Origin: the human T2T-CHM13v2.0 reference genome, Homo sapiens
Assembly: GCF_009914755.1 (NCBI RefSeq)
Contig: NC_060935.1
Length of the DNA stretch: 64,000 bases
Strand: one strand, 5' to 3'
Positions 52,700 to 64,000 of this stretch are shown here, one piece after another. A model generated the notes under the pieces. That model saw only the letters and a list, made by a program, of their open reading frames with translations. It ran no database searches and had not been told where the DNA came from. Made by a program: the position numbers and the translations under genes. Position 1 is the first letter of the stretch, and each line of letters starts with the position of its first letter.

Positions 52700-55100
52700 T
52701 CTCCAATAACTTAAAGTACTGAATTAGGTAACTACTCTAAGACACATCTGACAGAAGTAATGCCTTATTTAAACACAGGTTCCCCAAACCTGCTGTTAGA
52801 ACCTACACATACGTGGAAAACTTTGATAATCACTCGTTGTTCACACAGTTTTACTCCTCAGGCAGTCCTTTGCTATTGGTCAGCTTTAGGCCAGAGTCTA
52901 GCAGGAAACTGCATGGGACACCAGATTCACCGTCTCTTAAGCTGCCATTGTTGTCTTCTTTACTGAAGGTTGTATTGAGCCAGGCTTCACCCATGCCAAG
53001 CTGGTAACATGAATACTTTTATTGTGCTGTTCTTCAGGCTTTTTCTGAGTCAGCATTTCTCTCTGGTTTTGTTATGTACATAAGGATTCCAAGGAGGAAA
53101 GCTAATTGTGTGAGGGTCTTTTATAGTAGGTTAGTCAAACAAAGGAGTAGTGCACACCTTAACACTTTCCTTTCAAAAAATGAAATAATACTGCAGCTTT
53201 GGGATTTGGGGGATTTCCATATCTGTCTTGTAAAAAACTCTCCTTGCACACATTAATACTTGCCAAATATAATTATGGCTCCACCTCCATTTTGCAAATG
53301 CTCTCTTTATATCCGGTTCACCTGAGGTGGGATCAACTAGCAGTGTATGATAGGAATATCAAACACCAATCATAGATAATCACTATCTGAATAGTTATTG
53401 GGGATGTAAACTGTAAACATAAATATGCCCTCTTGAAGAAGTCCATGTCATATATCAATATTTATCTGAGCCACATTAACTCAGAATGGTAATGAGAGGT
53501 GAAGCCATCTGGGCTTCTGGGTCGGGTGGGGACTTGGAGAACTTTTCCATCCAGCTACAGGATTGTAAATGCACCAATCAGCACTCTGTAAATATGGACC
53601 AATCAGCACTCTGTAAAATGGACCAATCAGCAGAATGTGGGCGGGGCCAAATAAGGAAATAAAAGCTGGCCACCGAGCCAGCAGGGGCAACCTGCTTGGA
53701 TCCCGTTCCATGCTGTGGAAGCTTTGTTCTTTCGCTCTTCACAATAAATCTTGTTGCTGCTCACTCTTTGGGTCTGCACTACCTTTATGAGCTACAACAC
53801 TCACCACAAGAGTCTGTGGCTTCACTCCTGAAGTCAGCGAGACCACGAACCCACGAGGAGGAACAAACAACTCTGGAGGCGCCACCTTTAAGAGCTGTAA
53901 CACTCACTGCTAAGGTCTGCAGCTTCACTCCTGAAGCCAGCGAGACCATGAACCCACCGGAAGGAAGAAACTCTGGACACATCTGAACATCTGAAGGGAC
54001 AAACTCCGGACACACCATCTTTAAGAACTGTAACACTCACCACAAGGGTCTGCAGCTTCATTCTTGAAGTCAGTGAGACCAAGAACCCACCAGAAGGAAC
54101 CGATTCTGGACACAGTAAGATGGCTGCACATAGATACCTGGACTTTTGCTGCACACCCACAGCAATTTCTGCAAGAAGTAAATATTCCAGGTAGAATAGT
54201 CCCTCAGAAGCATGTGCCATTTGTTGACTGTGCTGCTGGGGCAGGATATGCAGGCTTAGTTATTAAAAAAAAAAAAAAAAAAAAAAGCATTTTTGGGAAT
54301 AGAAGGCAGCTGGTTTTTTTTGAAGTGGTGTAAGGAGGACTGATTTTTACATCCCACATTAATGCCTTCACCATCAGATCATTTGTGTACAGAGATTGTA
54401 GACGTGCTTTGGAAAGGGTTCATAATGTATACTCCAAACAAATAAATTTAGTTGTCTGTGTCATTAAACTCTTTCCTCTTCAGCCCGTGGTGGGAGCCTG
54501 TAGGGCAGTGCACTTCACCCTGGTACCTTGAATGCAGAACTCCAAGAGCATCTCCCATAGCAATACCAGCCCAGTTCCTTTCATGCCCTGTACCAACCCT
54601 ATCCTTGCCTGTATTTTCCAGGCACAATATTGATAGCAGATTAACAGACAGTCTTTATTTTTCAAGGTATCAGGTTTGCCTTGCTTCTGTAGTGAGCTCT
54701 TAAGGGACCTACAGAAGAAGGACATTCAGAGTAGCCATGCATTTTTACTGCCCTGCTCAGTTGCCATCTGTTGTAGCTGGCAGAATCTGGGTTATTGCTC
54801 CCAAACACATATCCTTTCTTTCTCTGGCTAAACAGTTCTGAGTGTTTTGTGACCAGACTTCTGAACCAGTTTTTAGCTTTAGTTAAATGCAGACACATTT
54901 TCATTTTCATTTGGATGGATATTCAAGAAGCTGATCTGTATTGCTCTCTGGTTTTCAACATAGCCAAAGCTTAATCTAAAGTGCTCAGGTAATTCAGCCA
55001 TGCACTTTGAGTGCCATAATACTCTTAGGGACTGGGTCCCTCAACTGATCTTTTTATAAAGGTAGGATCTGCCTGGTTTGGGGCAAGATTTGCTGCTATA
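52700..55100 (-). mobile_element. Very old ERVL/Gypsy-like pol remnant split by LTR12
   Basis: Minus-strand GVQQKSRYLCAAI (~54120-54170) resembles integrase GIDTYSGYGFA; F.SP..I..SD-like segment near 53380-53430. Confidence 0.35.
53493..54114 (+). mobile_element. Solo LTR12 (short type)
   Basis: TGAGAGGTGAAGCCA start, GGACACA end, three CCAATCAG motifs; 4-bp TSD GTAA (53489-53492 / 54115-54118). Confidence 0.95.
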
Positions 55101-56744
55101 GCACCTGAGTAATGGACCTGCTCCAAAATTCTAGTATCTCTTTCTTTAAAACTTTCTAGCCCTAGAAAATACCTTCATTTTCAAGGAGTTCATTGCTTCT
55201 TTTGGAAGCTGAAGGTATTTTTGCAACAAATTGAAAACATTAGACCATATCTGAGTTTATAGTCAAGCTTAGGATATTATAATATTCCCACACCTGCTAC
55301 CAAATGCCCTTCCCTTTTCAGGAAAATGTTCTCTCTTAGAAGTTCAGAGCCTGATAAAAAGGACCTTCAAAATAACCTTCTGTGATATGTTTGCTGTCTC
55401 TTCTTTTTGAACCTTCTTCCACTCAGTTTCTATCTATTTAGGAGTGTTTGTAAACATTTGCAAAATCTCTCCTTAAATGGAGACTTAGTATTGCCCACTG
55501 TTGTTTTTCTCATTATTGTTGTTATTCTTAAAGTTAAAAATGATTATTAACATTTTTCATCTGTCTGTTTTTCTCTTCAGAGTCTTGGCTATGGTTTAAA
55601 AACAATAAGCTTGATTTATTGGAGTTTTGATAGTCTGTACATAGTGCAGCCACGATCTGTAAAAATATTTTTAGTAATTTTGAGTAAGATCTCAGTTGGT
55701 AGCAAGTATAAAATTCTCCATAATCTTCGAGGACAAGAGAGGAAATATAGTTTATTTTCTTATAAATTAATTTAAATTTGTCCCTAAACTTCCATTTGCT
55801 AAAATGGTGAACTAAGTCAAATCTCAGTTTTATTTTTGGAAATGTTTTTTCACAGTCTAAACTTCATCATGATACGGGAGTTGGAGGCAGCTAGAAGAGA
55901 ATTTATAAAACAAATGAGAGACTTATTTGTCCTTGGTGCTGTCTTGTTCCATCTGTTGCTTGATGCTACTGTCGAGGCTGATTCTTTGCCATTATCTGGG
56001 CACTAATCCCTGGGTGGAATCACAAACACTGCTTAAGGTAGTCCTCTCCCTTGCCTGATGACTGGGCTGTGGAGAATTTCATTGATTCTCAAACTTCAGT
56101 GCCTAATTACTGGTTACAGCTAATATCTGATACCTACAGTTGGTGATTAAATATAAAAAAGGTTTAGGTCTCTACTATTCATAGAAACCTACAAATTTCC
56201 CAAACTCATCCTTTCCTTCAGGGTTAAATCTCCTTTTGCTTCTCAACTCCTAGAATCAGGCTCTTTCACTTTCTTCTCTACAGGAGAGGACCCTAGTCTT
56301 AAACAATACAGCAGATGTCTCCTTTGGGTGACTGGCAACTTCTGTTTCTCACTTGCAATCCAAAAGCTAATAACAGTGTCTGAAGGAGAGAACCTTGAGT
56401 TTTTAGCATGTATAAGGGAAACATATTTCTCACTCTTTTGTATTTTGTTCAATGACAAGAAGTGAATATTAAAAATTTAGTGCATTTTCCTACCAAAGTA
56501 TTAATTCATTGCACTTGTTTTCATGAACACATGTAGTAGATCATACTACACCATCTTCACCCTTCTAACCATTGCATTTCTGAACTGTTGAGTACATTGT
56601 AGGCATTAGCAAATACTTAGGTTGAATGTTGGGCTTTTCTTTAGGCTGCTTTTATCTTGTACATAGACGAATCTGCAGTGAAGGAAGAAGTCTGCATTTA
56701 GGAAGAAGCTATGGTTACAGATTTCCTATCTTTGGTCCTAGTTT

Positions 56745-57830
56745 AATATGTAAACATTCTTCATTTATAAATATTTCATCTATTTTTAGACACTATAGAA
56801 TTAATAACATTAAATACGATAGACAAAAACCCTTCCTTTGTGGAATTTACATGCAAGTGGGGCAGTCGGGAGAGAGATACTAATCAGAAGAAATAAATAA
56901 AGTACATAGTATGACAGGTGGTGGTAAGTGCTATGGAGAAAAGTAAAGCAGAGTTGAGGGAGATAAAGTGAAAAGAGGGAAGCTGTATTCTTATTTTTTT
57001 TTTTTTGAGATGGAGTCTCACTCTGTCACCCAAGCAGGAGTGCAGTGGTGCGATGTTGGCTGACTGCAACTTCCGCCTCCTGGGTTCAAGCGATTCCCCT
57101 TGCCTCAGCCTCCTGAGTAGCTGGGATAACAGGTATGCGACACCACGCCTGGCTATTTTTTTTTTTGTATTTTCAATAGAGACGGGGTTTCACCGTGTTG
57201 GCCAGGCTGGTCTCGGTGATCCGTCTGCCTCAGCCTCCCAAAGTGCTGGGATTACAGGCATGAGCCACCGCACCCAGCTGGAAGCTGAAAAATTTAAAGG
57301 AATGCACGGGAGTACCTTAATTATTGGAAGGAAGTCATTTGAGCAAAAATCTTCAGATAGTGAGGGAATGAGCCATGTGTAAAATTCCTAGTTACAGGGA
57401 AAATAAAATCCTGAGCCATGAGGCAGAAGCATGCCTGCTTGTTTGATACATGGAAAAGAGACCTGTTTGATTGGAACAGACGGACTGAAGAAGACAGTGA
57501 TAGGAGGTTAACGTGGGCTGGATTTGATGGAGGCTTGCAGGTCAGTTAAGGACACTGGTTTCTTATCCCAGTGAAATAATAAGCCATCATACGATTTGGG
57601 AAAAGGAGAGACATGATTTGATTTAAGTTTTAAAAGCATCACTCTGGTTGCTCTGCTGGGAATAGAGGGTTTGAGTTGAGAAGCAGGGCAGAAGCATGGG
57701 ATCTGTTAGGAGGCTGCTGAAACAAGCCGAGAAATTGATGACAGCAGCTTGTACCTGGGGTGTATCTGAGCAGGTTGTGAAAAATGGCAAAATCCTGGAT
57801 CTGTTTTGAAAGTACAGCCAAGAAAAACCT
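56745..57830 (-). mobile_element. L2 remnant (contains the Alu below)
   Basis: TAAGTGCTATGGAGAAAAG; AAAAGGAGAGACATGATTTGATTTAAGTTTTAAAAGCATCACTCTGG; GTTAGGAGGCTGCTG. Confidence 0.75.
56993..57279 (-). mobile_element. AluS with small B-box deletion
   Basis: GGCTGGTCTC joins GGTGATCCG; TSD GGAAGCTG. Confidence 0.93.
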
Positions 57831-59390
57831 AAAGCTTTAATAAACAAATTCAAGTGAATGGGTTCATACTCTCCTCTCACTGTTTTGCATTCTTAATTAT
57901 ACTTCCCCGTATTTCTCAATGAAAGCATGAGAATAGAAGTGACTGATTAAGCTGGGCCTGTGAATGAGCTGTTAAAATGCCTGTGTTGAAGAGTTATGTG
58001 ACATCCAAGTCAGTAATGGTTTATTCAGGAAGAATAGAAAGTTAAGCCTTTCACTGAATTCTTGGTTTACTGTACCATTTAAATATCATTGTGAGTTTTA
58101 CAACATCGCAACACAAGCGTTAGTGGTGGATGAATGCTTGTGGAGCTGCAGCACAGCATGAATTCTTCCTAACACCTCTTGGGTTATATACTGCAGTACC
58201 CATAAAAGAATTCCAGCTAGTCCAGTCATTACTCTCGAGAAAGAGAAAACACCTACTCGCCTTAAAATAATAATAAAGAACAGTGGGATATGAAGTCCCA
58301 TTAAGAATATCACATGCAGGACTTTGCTTTACTAATTTGCAGAAGAGAAAACATGCTTCAGTGAAATTTGTCAGAGGAATGCCACATGGGGCTATATCAT
58401 GAGAAATTAATAGACAATCAAAGAAAACCAGAAGGCTCCCATTTTTTGTAGATTCAGAGCTAGGCACTCATTTATTTCTGTAGTTTTCTCTTAATAGTCC
58501 AGTAGTTTCTGCCATGCAGTAATTTCACTAAAGCTTTGATCATACCAGTAATATAAACTCAAGCTTTCTGCAAAGGCTTCATTGCCCTAAAGAATCAGTA
58601 ATTGGCCAAATGGCTTTTAGAGTTTTGCTTGGATTCATTGCAGTATAAGTAAAAATTAATTACCCCCACAGTTTCTACAATACCATAATATAAAGGTGTC
58701 AAAACTTGTCTTTCTAAATGGCATTTCTTAGTATCACACTGGATATAGGGTTTGCTATAAATGTGATTTGTGGAAACCATTAATGAAGTACTAGACCTAA
58801 TTGACTTCTTTTAGCTTTATGACAACATAAAAAAGTTCTGCACTAGTGATGATAATTCTTTTGACGTTCTGCAGTTGGAAATCCATAGCTGTATATTTTT
58901 CCAGTGAGGCAAGACTTCAAGTTTTTTAGAATTTGAAATGCAGCTGCCACTAAGGAACAATATGGCAGACATGACTATTTTGATTTTTATAATTATTATC
59001 ATCATTATCTTTATCTTCTGTGCCTGCTGAGCTCCAGCTATATTTGTATCACTCTATTTGGTCTTGTTGTGTAAACTGGGCACCAGGAATGAAGCATAGC
59101 AGATGGTTGGTGCACACTATTGAATGTTTAACCACTGACAAAGCTGATCTACAACAAGAGCTTTAGTATCGGCAGGCCTGTGTTTTCTTCATAAATATGA
59201 ATGATCTAAGACTCTAAGCAAGATTGATTATTCTACCTTTAAGGCTTTGCTTTGGTGTCTGAAAATAGATAAAATATTTATAAATGAAGATTGTTTTACA
59301 TATTAAACTAGGACCAAAATTAGATACTGTGTAACAATCCTCTGTCTTTTGACCATTCTTTTCATGCTCTTTTAAAAACCATTGCTAATC

Positions 59391-59590
59391 AGCCAGGCAT
59401 GGTGGTATGTGCTTGCAGTGTAGCTACTTGCAAGGCTGAGGCGAGAGGTGGGAGGAATCACTTGAGCCTAGGAGTTTGAGGCTGTATTGCCCTATAATTG
59501 CTCCTGTGAATAGCCACTGTACCTCAGCCTAGGCAACATACTGACACCTCTTTTCTAAACACACACGCACACACACACACACACACACAC
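59391..59590 (+). mobile_element. FLAM/FAM Alu monomer with (CA)n tail
   Basis: GAGCCTAGGAGTTTGAGGCTG...GTGAATAGCCACTG; (CA)n 59560-59590. Confidence 0.8.
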
Positions 59591-59922
59591 TCCAAAGCAA
59601 AAACACTGCTAACAAAGGCAGACCAGTTGTTTGTTGGTAGAGATGAAAAGGCAAAGCTATATTTAAAAAAAAAAAAAAACACTGTGAAGGTAGCAGTAAA
59701 ATATGGTACTGGATTAAGTGACAACATAAACATAGTAAAGTGGGGAGATATTTCCTGGTTTTGTTTGGGCTTTGTTTCTTCTCTACTTTTCCCATTCCTT
59801 GTACTTTTAGTCACACTGTCAGTAATAAGATTCTTCCTCTTTCTGGTGCAGGTAATCTAGGCTTGGGCAATCTGTATGGCAAACAGTAATTGCCCATGTG
59901 ATGGGCTTGTGACCTAAGCAAG

Positions 59923-60493
59923 TGTATTCATTCTCTACTGCTGCTGTAACAAATTACAAAAGTTTCATAGCTTGTGTTTAACACAAATTTAGCTACACAA
60001 AATTATTATTTTATAATTCTGTAGGTGACACATCCAGTATTAGTCTCATTGGGCTGAAATTAAGGTGTTCTCTTATATAGACTAGGGGAGAATCTGTTTC
60101 CTTTCTCATTCAGATCTTAACAGAATTCTGTTTCATCTGATTGTAACATTGAGCTCTCTGTTCCCTTGCTAGCTGTCAGTTGAGAGCTGCCCTTATCTCA
60201 ACAGACCTCTTTCTAGTCTTTGCACATAGTGCCCTACAACTCAGAATGAGCAAAGGGACATCATATCTTTCTCATGCTGTCATCCCTCTGATCCACTTAT
60301 TTACCTTCTTCTTCCACTTCTAGAGCTCATTTGATTTATATTGGGCCCACCCAAATAATTCAGGTTAATTTCCCCATATCATAGTCCTTAATCTTAATCA
60401 TATCTGCAAAGTCCCCTTTGCTCTGCAGAGTAACATATTCATAAGTTCTGGTGCTTCAGATATATTTGGGGGGATATTATTCTGCCTTTCATG
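59923..60493 (-). mobile_element. MaLR LTR (MLT1D/E-like)
   Basis: TGTATT...GCTGCTGTAACAAATTAC; ATTGGGCCCACCCAAATAAT; TCATATCTGCAAAGTCCCCTTTG; TATTCTGCCT. Confidence 0.8.
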
Positions 60494-61141
60494 GTAAGAT
60501 AATGAGTACCATACCATTCCCAAGAATTGATGTTCACCTGCTAGTCTTAAGAAGCTACAGGAGCTGCCGGTGGCTATCTTTCCAAGCTTCAAAGGGAGCC
60601 ATTCTGCATAGAGAATGAAGCCAACACCAAGCAAAGTGATGCAAGGAGAGAGGAAGATGGAGAGCTGGAGAGGCCCTGGTAGGTTTTGAGCAATTGGATC
60701 CAGTCTTGCCAATACCCTGAATTTCCGAGTATACAAAACAAACAAACAAAACCCCCTTCATTATTTAGATCATTGGACTTATGTTTTTATCCCTTATAAA
60801 TAAATTTACAAATTGATATGTAAAAGTTTTGCAAGTAAGAGAATCTGAAACACAGAACTAGCTGAATTGAGCCAGGGTTATGAACAATGAGGATCCCATC
60901 CTGTTGCCCTCAGTTTGGAAACTTATTTGCTTCTTTGGATTAACAAAATAAGGAGTAGATTAAGCAGTCACCTGTCGTATTTTGAAATTCGACTTACAGA
61001 GACCAGAGATCTGAAGTATACATTACAAAAAACTTGAGTTGCTAGCATGTTTTGGCAAATTCTTGAAAGTCTGGGTAAGTTCCACTAAGAAATAAACAAG
61101 CTTTAGTACAATTGAGCCACTTGAAAGAAGAGTGAAGAAGT

Positions 61142-61439
61142 GGCCTGGTGCAGTGGCTCACACCTGTAATCCTAGCACTTTGGGGGACTGAGGCAGGTGG
61201 AATACTTGAGGCCAGGAGTTCAAGACCAGCCTGGCCAACATGGAGAAACCCCATCTCTACTAAAAATACAAAAATTTGCCAGGTGTGGTGTGGTGGTGCA
61301 CTCCTGTAGTCCCAGCTACTCAGGAGGCTGAGGCATGAGAATCGCTTAAACCTGGGAGGAGGAGGCTGCATTGAGCCAAGAACAGGCCAGTATACTCTAG
61401 CCTGGGTGACAGAACAAGACTGTCTAAAAAAAAAAAAAA
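61142..61439 (+). mobile_element. Alu (old S or J)
   Basis: Full dimer; TSD AAGAGTG..GAAG. Confidence 0.93.
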
Positions 61440-63246
61440 GAGTGTCGAAGCTTTTAACTTTATAAAGAGAAGCCCTATCTGCAAGTGACCAGTGATTTCA
61501 GACTACTGCATGTCACATATCACAAGCCCCTCAAAATTCACCAAATTTAAATTGTCTCTAGCACTCAGAAGCTGGTGCAAATAAATAGAAGATGGAAACC
61601 ACAATAGGAAATAAGAATGGGACTCAGAAAGAGCCAAATAAATTAAAGAACCTTTCACGAAGAAAGAGCATTCTTCTGTGTACTCATTGCATGGTACGGT
61701 TTATAATCACCCTCATGATAAAGCACCATTCACTAGGATGCAATTTGGAACAGAGGAGCCGATTGGCTCTGCCTCAACACAGCAACGTTTTGTGGAAGGT
61801 CAAGATAGAAGTAGTTATCCTAAAGCCTAGGATTATGAGAATAAAGTTATGGCTTCTTGCTAAGGTCAGGATCCTCCAATATTTATGGTTTTAATTATTA
61901 GCTAATGTCATTGCAAGAAATTAAACAGACTGATGGGCTGACATGCTTTTAATAGAGTCATAATACAGAGAAATCCTTAATTGGGAGAACAAGAGCCTAT
62001 GAAAGTTCAACATATAAAGTATATAAGGTAATTTCTAGGTCCCCATAGCCATAGCAGTGACAGGGAGCAGAGCAACTGCATACTCCCCAGATGACCACTG
62101 ATGGAAATTCAGAGGGTGCAAAAAATAAACCAAAAACTGTTGTAAGCCATTGAGATTTTCAGGTTATCTGTTACCATATAACAACCTACCACCACTTGAT
62201 ATCCTGTTTTATAATTTCCTTTTACTTTTGATTTCCAGATATCATTTAATCATAGGTTGATACTCCTGGAAGAGAATTATATGTTCTTTACTATTCAGGA
62301 TGAAACAATTTTATTCTCACTTCCATATTCCCATGTGGAAGACTGTCTTTAGAATAAAACATGCCTGGTTTTTCTGTCTCCTCAATCATGGACTTCCTCC
62401 ATGGGCAGAAGAACCAACTTATGAAAATGAGATTGGTTGAAGAAACTGAGCATGCAGGGCTCGTCTTCTTCCCTCTGTTCTCTATAGGATGTTTTTTATT
62501 TTGGAGAACATCTGCTTCGGTTGGTTCTTGGCCATATGGTAACCTGAAAACAAGCCCTGTACCTGCCAGGGAAGGCCTACTGCTGCCTGCCCCACCCTGG
62601 GACTCTGAATAACTCTGATTAATTCAGGAGAGAAGTAATAGCAAGTCCTTGACTCAGGGCTAAAGCTGCATTTCCTAATTTGATTTTAATTAGCAATAAT
62701 GTTTATTTTGATATCTGTCTGTCTAACTCCTGTGTCTATCTCTCAGCTGAGTTCAAACTCAGGAGGGCAAAAATGAATTACACGGGTAAGTGACGCTAGG
62801 ACTTCCATTGGATGCAGTAATGGTTGATAGTTGGTGTTGTCACCCTTTAGTTGCTATTACCTTTTGTGGGTGATAGTTTATTTTTATAGACAGGAATATT
62901 CTATATTTATAGGAAGGAATGTACATAGATTCTTGGCAGCTTAAGGTGGAGTGTAGTGAGGAAACATAGGTTTTTGTAAACTCAGCATTTCTTTTGTGGG
63001 GAATCTGATAAACCCCATTCCATAAGTATAATGAGATTGTCAGTTAATGTTATATCTCCTCTGCCCTCGCCAGGCATGGATCCTAAGATTGGCCAGTTAT
63101 AATGTCTTGTGTCTTTGGTAATAGAAATTAGTCCAAAATGTGAGCACTGACCCAAGCAGACTGATAATAATTAGAAAATAAACCTCTATTTCCTTTTGTT
63201 AATATAAATAATGGAAATTAAGAACTACTGATGACCATCTTCATTA

Positions 63247-63734
<488 letters not shown>

Positions 63735-64000
63735 TCAGCTAAACAATACCATACATTTTTTTTTTTATTAAGATGGTCTGAATATCTGTCATTTGCCACT
63801 GAATAAGTTTTGATTAATACAGAAAGTTATAAATGGTGAACCTAAAACCCTGTGATTGTAAGAATGTCTAGGATCATTTGTTTTCTGTTTATAGCTTGTA
63901 TGTGGGAAGAAGTATAGTGATGAGAAAAATTCACCTTAAACTAGCTTTAAGTTATTTAGGTCAAGAAAATCCATAGACAATAAGAAAAGTGATATAGAAA

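Noticed and set aside
45920-54114. The two LTR12 elements as the 5' and 3' LTRs of one 8.2-kb provirus
   Set aside because: They differ in length and 5' structure, the second has its own GTAA TSD and no polypurine tract, and 50232-53492 is not ERV9 sequence.

Overview
A primate (very probably human) repeat-dense, apparently non-coding 64-kb window. I found no intact protein-coding gene, tRNA, rRNA or CRISPR array. The longer ORFs with a recognisable product are decayed retroelement frames; the rest look like chance or Alu-derived frames. In order: the 3' part of an HERV-H provirus with its 3' LTR7 (1-3958); old MIR/L2/MaLR/LTR16 fragments and Alus; a near full-length L1PA on the minus strand (19331-25773) inserted into an older LTR-element internal region; a decayed class-I ERV on the minus strand (~36380-42960) split by an L1M; a TA-rich double palindrome (45399-45526); a 3'-truncated ERV9 provirus (45920-50231); a MER57-like solo LTR; and an independent solo LTR12. 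The most unusual item is a ~200-bp non-L1 segment (25774-25971) fused to the 5' end of the L1 inside a shared target-site duplication. It resembles the spliced 5' exon(s) of a primate KRAB zinc-finger gene, suggesting a retrotransposed ZNF-L1 chimeric transcript. All repeat family names come from recalled consensus motifs, not database searches, so subfamily calls and the edges of old repeats are approximate.
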